64,000 nt of DNA, from the NCBI GenBank assembly GCA_963779755.1, contig CAVZZO010000001.1, positions 1,312,001-1,376,000 of the forward strand. Direction: 5' to 3'. This DNA is from an uncultured Gemmatimonadales bacterium. Its GTDB lineage: Bacteria; Gemmatimonadota; Gemmatimonadetes; Gemmatimonadales; GWC2-71-9. The notes under the pieces were generated by a model. It had not been told where the DNA came from. It searched no databases and was given only the letters and a program-made list of their open reading frames with translations. Within the stretch, counting starts at the first letter, position 1. The number at the start of each line of letters is the position of its first letter. Made by a program: the position numbers and the translations under genes. Positions 1 through 9,345 of this stretch are shown here, one piece after another.

Positions 1-128
1 GCCAGGATTTCGTTGCAGAGCGTGATGCACTCGTTGCAGATATAGACCGAGGGGCCCGAAATGAACTTCCGGACCGAGTCCTTGGACTTGCCGCAGAACG
101 AGCAGCGCAGGTGTTTGTCGTTCGACAT
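1..128 (-). CDS. clpX: ATP-dependent Clp protease ATP-binding subunit ClpX (5' part only, runs off window)
   Basis: Manual translation from ATG 128: [42 protein letters not shown], the ClpX C4 zinc-binding domain; directly downstream of clpP. Confidence 0.95.
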   Translation of the reverse strand, partial: MSNDKHLRCSFCGKSKDSVRKFISGPSVYICNECITLCNEIL

Positions 129-205
129 ACGGGATCGCCGGCGCTAAGGGTGTTGCAGGAGGGCCACACTAATACTCGCCCCCCGGGGCTGGAGCGTCAA
201 GAGCC

Positions 206-823
206 TCACTTTGCGGCCTCCACTGCCTGGCTGATCTTCGCGATGACGTGGTCCACCAGGCCGTAGGCCTGGGCTTCCTCCGCGCTCATGAAGCGGTCGC
301 GGTCCATGTCGCGTTCGATGGTCTCGATGGGCTGGCCGGTGTGCTTGCTGTACAGCTCATTCATCTTGTTCCGCAGGTAGAGAATCTCCCGCGCCTGGAT
401 TTCGATGTCGGCCGCGGTGCCCTGCGCGCCGCCCGAGGGCTGGTGGATCATGATGCGGGAGTGGGGCAGGGCACTGCGCTTGCCGGGGTGCCCCGCCGAC
501 AGCAGGAAGGAGCCCATCGAGGCTGCCATCCCCATGCAGATGGTATTCACCGGTGCCCGCAGGAACTGCATGGTATCGTAGATCGCCATGCCGCTGGAGA
601 TGACGCCGCCCGGGGAGTTGATGTACAGGTAGATGTCCCGCTCGGGGTTGTCGGCGTCGAGGAACAGCAGCTGCGCGATGATGACGTTGGCCACGTCATC
701 GTTGATGGGGGAGCCGAGGAAGACGATCCGGTCCATCAGCAGGCGGGAGAAAATGTCGTACGTCCGCTCGCCGCGGCTGGATCGCTCGATGATATACGGG
801 GGAAACAGCGAAGTCGGGATCAC
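206..823 (-). CDS. clpP: ATP-dependent Clp protease proteolytic subunit
   Basis: [27 protein letters not shown] and [10 protein letters not shown] motifs; tig-clpP-clpX synteny. Confidence 0.98.
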   Translation of the reverse strand: MIPTSLFPPYIIERSSRGERTYDIFSRLLMDRIVFLGSPINDDVANVIIAQLLFLDADNPERDIYLYINSPGGVISSGMAIYDTMQFLRAPVNTICMGMAASMGSFLLSAGHPGKRSALPHSRIMIHQPSGGAQGTAADIEIQAREILYLRNKMNELYSKHTGQPIETIERDMDRDRFMSAEEAQAYGLVDHVIAKISQAVEAAK

Positions 824-2085
824 GCGCTACCCTCTGCGATAGTGGACTGCGACAACAGGAAATTAAACGCCTTTTCCTCGGCGATCGACCGCTCCAACTC
901 CGCCAGCCGGTTGTTCTTCTGGAGCGACGCATAGAGCGGGCCCGTTTCCACCCCGCGGGCCGCGGCCATCCGGGCCACCCGCTCGTCGATCTCCTCTTCG
1001 GTGGCCGCGAGCTTTTCCTTTTCCAGCACGGCGTTCAGGATCATGTCGCGCCGCACCTGCGACTCGGCCACCGGCTGGAACTCGCCCGCGAACCGCTCCA
1101 GCTGTTCGTCCGGAATGCCGTACGCCTGGGCATAGCCCCGGATGGTGCGCTCCACCAGGGAGGGCGGGGCCGTGATGTTGTTGGCGGCGGCGATCTGCTC
1201 CAGCAGCTCCGAGCGCATCCGGTTGTCGGCTTCCCGCTCGCTCTCGGCATCGAGGTCTTCCCGGACCGCGGCCTTCAGGGCGTCGAGGTTCTCGAAGTCG
1301 CCTACCTCGCGGGCCAGGTCGTCGTCCAGGGCCGGGAGCTCCTGGTTCTTGACCTCCAGGAGGTGGATCCGCACCTTCCGGGCCTCCGCCGGCTGGGCCG
1401 CGATCGGCCTCGGCGGCCTGGCGGCTTGACGTCGGTCTCGGCCGACTCGCCCGGGGACGAGCTGCATGATCTTCTCTTCGATTTCCGGCAGCGTCTGTCC
1501 CGAGCCCAGCACCACGGTGTAGGGCCGGGGCTCGCCGAACTCGCTGCCCGCCCCGTCGGTGGCGGTGGCCACCTCGATCTGGACCATCTGGCCCGGCGCG
1601 GGCTTCTGGCCGCTTACCGGGGTCCAGCGGGCTTTCTGTTCCTGCAGCTGGCGCAGCTGCTCCGCCACCTGCTCGTCGCTCACCGGCTTGACCTCCCGCG
1701 CCAGCTTGAAGCCCCCCACCCGCTCCAGGGCGATCCGGGGCTGCACCTCCACGTGCAGCTCGAACTCCACCGGGCCCCCCTCGTCGAACTTGAGGTTGTG
1801 GATGTGGGGCTGGGCAACGGGCTTCAGATCGTGACTGGTGCGGGCCGTTTCCCAGCTCTCCCGGACCAGCTCCTCCAGCACGTTCTGGCGGATGGCCTCG
1901 CCGAAGCGCTTGCGGATGACCTGCTCCGGCGCCTTACCGGGCCGGAAGCCCGGCAGGCGGGCCCGGCGGGCGTAGTAGCGCACGGCCTTGTCCTCGGCGG
2001 CCTTGACCCGGTCGGCGGGGACGGTGACCTGCAGGCTGGTAGACGCGGCGTCTTCGCGGGTCTTTTCGATAGATATGTCACTCAT
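820..2085 (-). CDS. tig: Trigger factor (possible compensating indels at ~1390-1455)
   Basis: Ribosome-binding motif [20 protein letters not shown]; synteny with clpP. Confidence 0.95.
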   Translation of the reverse strand: MSDISIEKTREDAASTSLQVTVPADRVKAAEDKAVRYYARRARLPGFRPGKAPEQVIRKRFGEAIRQNVLEELVRESWETARTSHDLKPVAQPHIHNLKFDEGGPVEFELHVEVQPRIALERVGGFKLAREVKPVSDEQVAEQLRQLQEQKARWTPVSGQKPAPGQMVQIEVATATDGAGSEFGEPRPYTVVLGSGQTLPEIEEKIMQLVPGRVGRDRRQAARPPRPIAAQPAEARKVRIHLLEVKNQELPALDDDLAREVGDFENLDALKAAVREDLDAESEREADNRMRSELLEQIAAANNITAPPSLVERTIRGYAQAYGIPDEQLERFAGEFQPVAESQVRRDMILNAVLEKEKLAATEEEIDERVARMAAARGVETGPLYASLQKNNRLAELERSIAEEKAFNFLLSQSTIAEGSA

Positions 2086-2186
2086 CGGGGGGAAATGTAC
2101 CCGCCCGGAGGAGTGGGGGTCAACGAAGCGGCCCGCCGGCCGGCGATGTTAGCCGAATCTCCCGGTGCTCCCTATACTTAGGCGCC

Positions 2187-2558
2187 ATGGCAACGGTCCT
2201 CGTGGTGGACGACGAAAGCTCGGTCCGGCGCGCCCTGCGGAAACTGCTGGAGCGCGCCGGGCTGGAGGTGCGCGAGGCCGGCACCGCCCAGGAGGCGCTG
2301 GATCTGGTCGCCGGCGGCGAAGGGGTGGACGTGGTGGTGAGCGATGTGCTCATGCCTGGCATGAACGGGCTCGCGTTCTACGACCGGCTGGTAGCCCTGG
2401 CACCGGGGCTGGGCAAGCGCGTCATCTTTCTCACCGGCGCCGCCCACCAGCCCGACGTGCACGGGCCCATCGAAGAGCGCGGCGTGCCCCTGCTCTCCAA
2501 GGTCGACGACCTGATGCTGGTGGTGGATGCGGTGAAGGTGGCGCTGTTAAGGCGGTAA
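2187..2558 (+). CDS. Single-domain response regulator (receiver)
   Basis: VLVVDDE, SDVLMPGMNG, FLTG and K motifs; 123 aa. Confidence 0.9.
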   Translation: MATVLVVDDESSVRRALRKLLERAGLEVREAGTAQEALDLVAGGEGVDVVVSDVLMPGMNGLAFYDRLVALAPGLGKRVIFLTGAAHQPDVHGPIEERGVPLLSKVDDLMLVVDAVKVALLRR

Positions 2559-2708
2559 GGGCGGTAAGGGCGGTAGGGGCGGTACGTTGCTCCTGGCGCA
2601 ACCTGAATCTATGCTGCCGTACCGCCGTACCGCCGTACCGCCGTACCGCCGTACCGCCGTACCGCCGTACCGCGCCGCGTACCGCGTACGCCGTACCGCC
2701 GTACCGCC
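2551..2708. repeat. Inverted microsatellite hairpin: GGCGGTAAG x~4, spacer, then (GCCGTACC)n
   Basis: Left arm 2551-2586, right arm 2616-2708 in opposite orientation, between convergent genes; left arm supplies the regulator's TAA stop. Confidence 0.85.
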
Positions 2709-2711
2709 CTT

Positions 2712-3185
2712 CTACCCCCGGAACCTCACCGTATTATGGGTTCCGTCGCAGAACGGCTTGTCGCCGGAGGCGCCGCAGCGGCAGAGCGCGACCGATTGCC
2801 GGCCGCAGAGATCCCACGCCTCCCCGAATTCGTCTACCAACTGGAAATCACCCTCGATCCGATAGGCACCGTTGGCGTTGACCACGATGCAGCACCTGCC
2901 GTCCTGCCGTCTGGCCGCCCTGCCGTCCCCTCCGGGATCAGAAGGCATGGAGTGGGGGCTGAGCGTAGGCCGAATCTCCGCCTTCGCTTCATGGCGGAAC
3001 CGGCACCGCCCATGGCTCGCATCGCAGAACGGCTTCCGCTCCGACTGCCCGCAACGGCAGAGCGCGGCGCGATCGGGCCGGTCGGGACGGGACAGGGGGA
3101 TGGGGTCGCCCAGGGGATCCACGATGGTGAAATCTCCCTGCAGGCGCAGGGGGCCGTGAGCGGTAACGGTGACGCGTGCGGGCAT
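2712..3185 (-). CDS. Tandem CDGSH iron-sulfur domain protein
   Basis: Two motifs, CRCGQSERKPFCDASH and CRCGASGDKPFCDGTH; ATG at 3185. Confidence 0.85.
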   Translation of the reverse strand: MPARVTVTAHGPLRLQGDFTIVDPLGDPIPLSRPDRPDRAALCRCGQSERKPFCDASHGRCRFRHEAKAEIRPTLSPHSMPSDPGGDGRAARRQDGRCCIVVNANGAYRIEGDFQLVDEFGEAWDLCGRQSVALCRCGASGDKPFCDGTHNTVRFRG

Positions 3186-3189
3186 GGGA

Positions 3190-3277
3190 CGGTGAGCGGT
3201 AAGCGGTGAGCGGTAAGCGGGATTGGAAGGCGGCCCCGGGAGTGCCCGTTCACCGCTCACTGCTCACCGCTCACTGC
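3190..3277. repeat. Inverted heptamer tandem repeat (CGGT(G/A)AG)n ... (CTCAC(C/T)G)n
   Basis: Arms 3190-3220 and 3251-3277; same unit as at 22470-22582. Confidence 0.85.
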
Positions 3278-3283
3278 AGTCGA

Positions 3284-3365
3284 TGCGAACGCCGGGAGTC
3301 GAACCCGGATGGGTTACCCCACAGGATCCTAAGTCCTGCGCGTCTGCCAGTTCCGCCACGTTCGC
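3284..3365 (-). tRNA. tRNA-Leu (anticodon TAG), CCA not encoded
   Basis: GCGAACG acceptor stem, TGGC D-loop, CAGGA-CT-TAG-GA-TCCTG anticodon arm, long variable arm, GGTTCGACTCC T-arm. Confidence 0.95.
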
Positions 3366-3444
3366 GCGAGTGGGGACAATATATCCCAACCTGAGCCTGT
3401 TGCCCCGGCGGCTGGCGCGGGGCTTGGTGACGATTGCCGAGGCG

Positions 3445-3525
3445 TGTTGTCACGCTGAGCGCGGCGAAGCGGCCGGAGCCATTCGATCGGCTTCGGCCCC
3501 TTCGCTAGCGCTCAGGGTGACAGCA
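3445..3525. repeat. REP-like palindromic element
   Basis: TGTTGTCACGCTGAGCGC-GGCGAAG ... CTTCGCTAGCGCTCAGGGTGACAGCA can fold into a long imperfect stem-loop. Confidence 0.7.
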
Positions 3526-3565
3526 CGCGACGTTCCGTCCTGCGACCGAGCGGCCTCCAATAGAG

Positions 3566-3628
3566 AGCCGCGAGGAAGTCCTTTAGGGCCGTCCTGCCGT
3601 CCTGCAAGCCGCGAGGAAGTCCTTTAGG
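3566..3628 (+). repeat. 22-bp exact direct repeat AGCCGCGAGGAAGTCCTTTAGG x2
   Basis: Copies at 3566-3587 and 3607-3628. Confidence 0.85.
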
Positions 3629-3640
3629 CCCGCCCTGCCC

Positions 3641-3674
3641 TTGACAGTTCCGCGAAAAATGTAAACGATTACAT
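3641..3674 (+). promoter_or_regulatory. Putative sigma70 -35 box plus LacI-family operator
   Basis: TTGACA at 3641; near-palindrome ATGTAAACGATTACAT at 3659-3674 (central CG) covering the expected -10 position, upstream of the LacI gene. Confidence 0.75.
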
Positions 3675-3730
3675 CACGAGCCGGTCACGACACGTTTCTC
3701 AATGCAACGTGAGGCGCCCCTCAGGGTTCC

Positions 3731-4777
3731 ATGGCTCCACGATCCCGGCAGAATCACACCCCCGCCGGACGCGGCAGGGTGGCGCCGCCCACGATCAAGC
3801 ACGTGGCGCGGGAAGCCCGCGTATCGGTGGCGACGGTTTCGCGGGTGATGAACAACAGCCCAAATGTCACCGACAAGACGCGGCGGCGGGTGTTAGACAT
3901 CGCCGGCCGGCTGGGCTACGTGCCCCATGGCGCCGCCCGCAGTCTCATCACCCGCCAGACCAATACCCTGGGCGTGCTGCTGCCCGATCTCTATGGCGAG
4001 TTCTTCTCCGAAGTCATCCGCGGCATCGACCAGGCGGCGCGCGCCCATGGCTATCACATCGTGGTTTCCGGGTTCCACGCCGACCGGGGCACCATCGAGG
4101 CCGTGCTCCGTTCCATGCGCGGCCGGGTGGACGGGCTCATCCTGATGGTGCCGGACATCCAGGTGGAGGCGCTGCCCGCCCTGGCCGACCGGTTCCCGCT
4201 GGTGCTGCTGAACGGCGCCGGCAGCAACGGCCGCTACGACTCCATTAACGTGGCCAACTACGAAGGCGCCTACGCCATGACCCAGCACCTGCTGGCGCGG
4301 GGGCACCGGCGCATCGCCGTCATCCGCGGCTCCGATCACAACTACGATGCCGCCGAGCGGCTGCGGGGCTATCAAGCGGCCCTGGCCGACGCCGGCCTCC
4401 GTCCGGAGCCGGCGCTGCAGGCGGCGGGCGATTTCACCGAGGAGTCGGGCTTTCAGGCGGTGCTTGAGTTGCTGCACCACCGGCCTCGGCCCACCGCCAT
4501 TTTCGCGTTCAACGATGCCATGGCTATCGGCGCCCTCAGCGCGCTGCGCGAGGCCGGTCTCGCCGTGCCGGAGCAGGTGGCCGTGGCCGGGTTCGACGAT
4601 ATTCCCATGGGCCGGTATCTCGAGCCGCCACTGACCTCGGTCCATGTAGATCTCAACGCACTGGGGGAGCTCGCGACCACGCGGCTCCTCACGGCCCTGC
4701 GTCAGCCGGGCCGGATGGATCACCGCCGCGAGGTGCTGCCCACCACCCTGGTGGTGCGGCGCTCCTGCGGCGGCTGA
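3731..4777 (+). CDS. LacI-family transcriptional regulator
   Basis: TIKHVAREARVSVATVSRVMN HTH; AARSL hinge; VAGFDD and PPLTSV motifs. Confidence 0.95.
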   Translation: MAPRSRQNHTPAGRGRVAPPTIKHVAREARVSVATVSRVMNNSPNVTDKTRRRVLDIAGRLGYVPHGAARSLITRQTNTLGVLLPDLYGEFFSEVIRGIDQAARAHGYHIVVSGFHADRGTIEAVLRSMRGRVDGLILMVPDIQVEALPALADRFPLVLLNGAGSNGRYDSINVANYEGAYAMTQHLLARGHRRIAVIRGSDHNYDAAERLRGYQAALADAGLRPEPALQAAGDFTEESGFQAVLELLHHRPRPTAIFAFNDAMAIGALSALREAGLAVPEQVAVAGFDDIPMGRYLEPPLTSVHVDLNALGELATTRLLTALRQPGRMDHRREVLPTTLVVRRSCGG

Positions 4778-4842
4778 CGAGGCGACGGACTCTGGCAACC
4801 AGTATCCCGAACGCCGAACTCACCACCCCCAGGAGAGGCTGT

Positions 4843-7809
4843 ATGACCACTCATCATCTGAAACGTCTGGGCCTGGCGCTCGGCTGCCTGATGCTGTTTC
4901 TCGGGCTGCCCGCTCGGGCCTGGGGGCAGAACACCACCGGCCGCATCGAAGGGCTGGTGACTGATTCCGCCGGAACCCCGCTCACCAGCGCCGAAATCGT
5001 GGCGAAGAACGCCGCCAGCGGTGTGCAGCGGGACGCCACCACCCGAACCGACGGTACCTACACGCTGGCCGGGCTCGCTCCCGCGACCTACGTGGTCACG
5101 GCCCGCTCGATCGGCATGGGCTCCCAGGCCCAGCAGGTCACCGTCCAGATCGGCCAGGTGCTCACCGTCAACTTCACGCTGGGCCAGCAGACGGTGCAGC
5201 TGGAGGAGATCACCACTGTGGCGCCCCGGACCGAGACCCAGACCTCGGAGGTCGCCACCAACGTCACGCAGGCGCAGATCGAGCAATTGCCCAGCCCCAG
5301 CCGCAACTTCCTCGATCTGGCCCAGCTCGCGCCGGGCGTGACGGTGACGCCCGACCGGATCAACGGCACCGGATTCCGGACCTTTTCCGGGGTCGGCCAG
5401 GACCCGAGCACGGTCAACGTCTTCGTGGACGGGACCAGCCTGAAGAATGACCTCACCGGCGGCGGCGTCACCGGACAGGACGCCAGCCGGGGGAATCCTT
5501 TCCCCCGAAACTCGATTCAGGAATACCGGGTGATCAGCCAGAACTTCAAGGCGGAGTACCAGAACGCCTCCAGCTCGCTCATCACCGCCGTCACCAAGTC
5601 GGGCGGAAACACCTGGTCGGGGAACGCCTTCTTCACCTACCAGGACAAGGGGCTGGTCGCGCTCGACACGTTCCAGATCAAGTCCAAGAACACCGATCCC
5701 AACTTCAAGCAGCCGGACTACTCGAGGAAGCTGCTCGGGCTGAGTGCCGGGGGGCCCATCATCCGGGACAGGCTGCACTTCTTCGGCTCCTACGAGGGGA
5801 ACTACCAGGACCGCAGCAACACGGTGAACTTCACCCCGCCCCCCACCGGAACGTTCCCCGCCCTCGACACGGTGAACCTCGGCAGCTACAACGGACAGTT
5901 CACCTCCCCCTTCCGGGAGACGCTGCTCTTCGGCAAGCTGAGCTATGCGGTCACCCCCAACTCCTCGGCGGAGCTCAGCTTCAACAACCGGCATGAGACC
6001 GACATCCGGGACTTCGGCAACAACCAGGCCTTCCAGGAGGCGGTGAATTTCCGGCAGAACATCAGCATCGGGCAGCTGCACTACAACTGGTTCAAGGGGC
6101 CCTGGCTCAACGAGGCCAAGGTGGCCTATACCCGCTTCCGCCGGAACCCGTCACCCAACGACCCGGGCCTTCCGGCGCGGCTCTACCAGTTCAGCGGCAG
6201 CTCGGCCCAGATCGGCAGCAATCTCAGCACCCAGGACTTTACCCAGAAGGGCATTGAGCTGCGAAACGATCTGACCTACAGCGGCCTGCACTGGGCCGGC
6301 AACCACGTGATCAAGATCGGCGCCAACGCCAACTTCCTGAAGTTCGATGTCCTGAAGGACAACAACGGCACCCCGCAGTTCTTCTATCGCGACACCCTGA
6401 ACGGGGTGGCGTACGACTACCAGCAGCCGTTCCAGCTGGTCTACGGGACCGGCAACCCGCTGCTCAACACCAATAACACCCAGCTCGGAGTCTACTTGCA
6501 GGACGACTGGACTCCCACGCCGCGGCTCACCATCAACGCCGGCGTCCGCTGGGATTTCGAAACCAAGATGTTCAACACCGACTACGTGACGCCCCAGAAC
6601 GTGGTCGATACTCTCACCCGCTACAACGACTCCCTCCCCCACCCGCTGAACCTGAACGACTACATCAGCACGGGGAGCAACCGGCACCCCTTCTACGGCG
6701 CGTTCCAGCCCCGGCTGGGCTTCTCCTACGCGCTGGACCGGGACGCCAAGACGACGATATACGGCGCCTTCGGTATTTTCTACGACCGTACGATCTTCGA
6801 CGTCTCGGTGGACGAGACGCTGAAGCTGACCCACCCGACCTATACCATCATGTTCGCCGCTCCCGGGGCGACGCCGGGACCGGGCGAGGTCGCCTGGAAT
6901 AATTCCTATCTTACCGCCGACCGCGCGACGCTCGACCAGCTGGTGCACACGGTGGGGACGCCCGAGGCGTGGCTCATCAGCAAGAATGTCAAGGTACCGT
7001 ACTCCCGGCAGTGGAACCTGGGCGTCCGGCGCACGCTGGGCCACTTCAACGTCTCGGCCACCTACGCCGGCGTCCGCGGGATCAACCAGCTGACCCTGAA
7101 CTGGGCCAACTTCGGCCTGAACCCCGACGGTTCCTGCTGCACCAGCTTCAACCTGGGCGCCCACGGGTTCAGCAACTTCATCTACTCCAGCAACGATGCG
7201 CGGACCTGGTATGACGCCCTGCAAATCCAGGTGCAGCGTCCCTATCGCCGCGCCAGCGAGAGCAGCATCGGCTGGGGCGCCGGACTGGCCTTTACCTATG
7301 CCTGGCGTTCGCTGGCCGGCATCGACAACTCCGGCGACCTCTTCGCCTTCCCTAATACCCAGAATATCCCGAAACACCCGGCCAACGACGAACGGGCGCG
7401 GGTCGTGGCCAACTGGGTGACCGACCTGCCGTACCTCTTCGGCATCCAGTGGAGCGGGCTCATTACCCTGGGGAGCGGCAACAAGCAGGACATCGGCGGG
7501 CCCATCCGGTTCAACCCCAACGGCTACGTGCGGGGCGGTTTCTCGCCGCCGGGACAAAACTTCCTCATCTTCGGGAAGTGGGTCTACCGGAACGTGGACA
7601 TGCGTCTCGCCAAGACCTTCCCCACTATCTCCGGCCAGCGGATCGGGGTAACGCTGGACGTCTTCAATGTGTTCAATTACGACAACTTCGGCTGCTTCGC
7701 CACGCCGGCGAACCAGGCGGACGGGTCGCCCGACCCCAATCTCGGTACGCCCAATTGCGTCGTGAGCGATCCGCGCCGCGCCCAGCTGGGAGTGGAATAC
7801 AACTTCTAA
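4843..7809 (+). CDS. TonB-dependent receptor (Oar-like, carboxypeptidase-regulatory N-domain)
   Basis: Signal peptide; TGRIEGLVTD; RNFLDLAQLAPGV; TKSGGN; YLQDDW; C-terminal YNF. Confidence 0.93.
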   Translation: MTTHHLKRLGLALGCLMLFLGLPARAWGQNTTGRIEGLVTDSAGTPLTSAEIVAKNAASGVQRDATTRTDGTYTLAGLAPATYVVTARSIGMGSQAQQVTVQIGQVLTVNFTLGQQTVQLEEITTVAPRTETQTSEVATNVTQAQIEQLPSPSRNFLDLAQLAPGVTVTPDRINGTGFRTFSGVGQDPSTVNVFVDGTSLKNDLTGGGVTGQDASRGNPFPRNSIQEYRVISQNFKAEYQNASSSLITAVTKSGGNTWSGNAFFTYQDKGLVALDTFQIKSKNTDPNFKQPDYSRKLLGLSAGGPIIRDRLHFFGSYEGNYQDRSNTVNFTPPPTGTFPALDTVNLGSYNGQFTSPFRETLLFGKLSYAVTPNSSAELSFNNRHETDIRDFGNNQAFQEAVNFRQNISIGQLHYNWFKGPWLNEAKVAYTRFRRNPSPNDPGLPARLYQFSGSSAQIGSNLSTQDFTQKGIELRNDLTYSGLHWAGNHVIKIGANANFLKFDVLKDNNGTPQFFYRDTLNGVAYDYQQPFQLVYGTGNPLLNTNNTQLGVYLQDDWTPTPRLTINAGVRWDFETKMFNTDYVTPQNVVDTLTRYNDSLPHPLNLNDYISTGSNRHPFYGAFQPRLGFSYALDRDAKTTIYGAFGIFYDRTIFDVSVDETLKLTHPTYTIMFAAPGATPGPGEVAWNNSYLTADRATLDQLVHTVGTPEAWLISKNVKVPYSRQWNLGVRRTLGHFNVSATYAGVRGINQLTLNWANFGLNPDGSCCTSFNLGAHGFSNFIYSSNDARTWYDALQIQVQRPYRRASESSIGWGAGLAFTYAWRSLAGIDNSGDLFAFPNTQNIPKHPANDERARVVANWVTDLPYLFGIQWSGLITLGSGNKQDIGGPIRFNPNGYVRGGFSPPGQNFLIFGKWVYRNVDMRLAKTFPTISGQRIGVTLDVFNVFNYDNFGCFATPANQADGSPDPNLGTPNCVVSDPRRAQLGVEYNF

Positions 7810-7830
7810 CCGACGGCTTGCACGTGCCGT

Positions 7831-7865
7831 CTACCGGCGGCCGGCCCCTGGCCGGCCGCCGGTAG
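7831..7865 (+). terminator. Perfect 16-bp stem-loop after the TonB receptor (terminator or mRNA stabiliser)
   Basis: CTACCGGCGGCCGGCC-CCT-GGCCGGCCGCCGGTAG followed by TCTTCT. Confidence 0.65.
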
Positions 7866-7890
7866 TCTTCTCCCACCCGGGGGAGTTGCC

Positions 7891-9345
7891 ATGCGCCGGA
7901 ACCCGAGCCGTGCCCCCGCGACCCTGCTGCTGCTGAGCCTGGGACTTGCCCTCGCGGCGTGCAGCGGGGGGGCCAACGGCGGCGGCTTTGTCGGCCCCGA
8001 CCAGCTGACGCCGAGGCAGGCCGCCTTCCTCGACACGCTGACGCAACGCACCTTCGCTTTCTTCTGGGAGCGGAGCGACCCCGCCACCGGCCTTACGCCG
8101 GATCGCTGGCCCACGCCCTCCTTCTCCAGCATCGCCGCGGTGGGCTTCGCCCTCACCGCGTATCCCATCGGCGTGGAGCGGGGCCTGGTTACCCGGAGCG
8201 AGGCGGCCGACCGGGTCCTCACCACCCTGCGCTGGTTCTGGCAGGCGCCCCAGGGCACCGCCGCCGCCGGCACCGCGGGTTACCAGGGGTTCTTCTATCA
8301 TTTTCTGGACATGAGTTCCGGCACCCGCTTCAAGGACGTGGAGCTCTCTACGGTGGATACGGCGCTGCTGCTGGGCGGCGTGCTCTTCTGCCAGCAGTAC
8401 TTCGACCAGTCCGGCACCACCGAGACGGCCATCCGCGCCTACGCCGACAGCCTGTATCGCCGGGCGGACTGGAGCTGGATCCAGCCCCGGGCGCCGGCGA
8501 TCGCCATGGGCTGGACCCCGGAACAGGGGTTCCACACCTACGACTGGCGCGGCTACGACGAGGCCATGCTGGTGTACCTGCTGGCGCTGGGCAGCCCCAC
8601 CCATCCGGTGGATTCCGCCGCCTGGCAGGCGTGGACTCGCGACTATCAATGGGGCACCTTCTATGGCGAGTCCCAGCTGGGCTTCGCGCCGCTCTTCGGA
8701 CACCAGTACTCGCAGATCTGGGTGGATTTTCGCGGCATCCAGGACGCCTGGATGGCCGCACACGGCGAGGATTACTTCGAGAACTCCCGCCGCGCCACCC
8801 TCTCCCAGCGCAGTTATGCCATCGCCAATCCGCAGAACTGGGCCGGCTATGGCGCCGATCTATGGGGCCTGACGGCGTCCGACGGCCCGCGGGATACCAC
8901 CATGGCCGTCGCGGGCGCCTCCCGGCGGTTCTATACCTATGCCGCGCGAGGCGCCTCCTTCACCGAGATCCGGGATGACGGCACCATTGCGCCGACGGCC
9001 GCCGGAGGCAGCATCGCCTTTGCGCCCGAGGTGAGCATCCCCGTGCTCCTTGCCATGCGCGATCGGTTCGGCAGCCGGCTCTTCGGCCAGTACGGCTTCG
9101 TGGATGCCTTCAACCTGACCTGGCCCACCGATGTACCGCCCCAGATGGGTCAGGTTGCGCCCGATACCGGCTGGTTCGATACCGACTACCTGGGCATCGA
9201 CCAGGGCCCCATCGTCGCCATGGTGGAGAACTACCGTAGCGGGCTTATCTGGAAATACATGCGGCGAAGCCCCTACATCATTCGCGGCCTGCGCCGCGCC
9301 GGCTTCCACGGCGGCTGGCTCGACCAGGCGCCGGCCACGCCGTGA
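7891..9345 (+). CDS. Glycoamylase-family (GH144-like) glycoside hydrolase, lipoprotein
   Basis: LAAC lipobox; SIAAVGF, GFFYHFLD, ELSTVDT, WGLTASDGP, GIDQGP and ENYRSGLIW motifs. Confidence 0.85.
   Translation: MRRNPSRAPATLLLLSLGLALAACSGGANGGGFVGPDQLTPRQAAFLDTLTQRTFAFFWERSDPATGLTPDRWPTPSFSSIAAVGFALTAYPIGVERGLVTRSEAADRVLTTLRWFWQAPQGTAAAGTAGYQGFFYHFLDMSSGTRFKDVELSTVDTALLLGGVLFCQQYFDQSGTTETAIRAYADSLYRRADWSWIQPRAPAIAMGWTPEQGFHTYDWRGYDEAMLVYLLALGSPTHPVDSAAWQAWTRDYQWGTFYGESQLGFAPLFGHQYSQIWVDFRGIQDAWMAAHGEDYFENSRRATLSQRSYAIANPQNWAGYGADLWGLTASDGPRDTTMAVAGASRRFYTYAARGASFTEIRDDGTIAPTAAGGSIAFAPEVSIPVLLAMRDRFGSRLFGQYGFVDAFNLTWPTDVPPQMGQVAPDTGWFDTDYLGIDQGPIVAMVENYRSGLIWKYMRRSPYIIRGLRRAGFHGGWLDQAPATP

Noticed and set aside
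2551..2708. Tandem arrays (here and at 15512-15677, 33848-33938) as CRISPR arrays
   Set aside because: Units are 7-11 bp with no unique spacers, and there are no cas genes.
3284..3365. tRNA-Leu as an integration site for a genomic island
   Set aside because: No integrase, and I saw no duplicated tRNA 3' end in the window.
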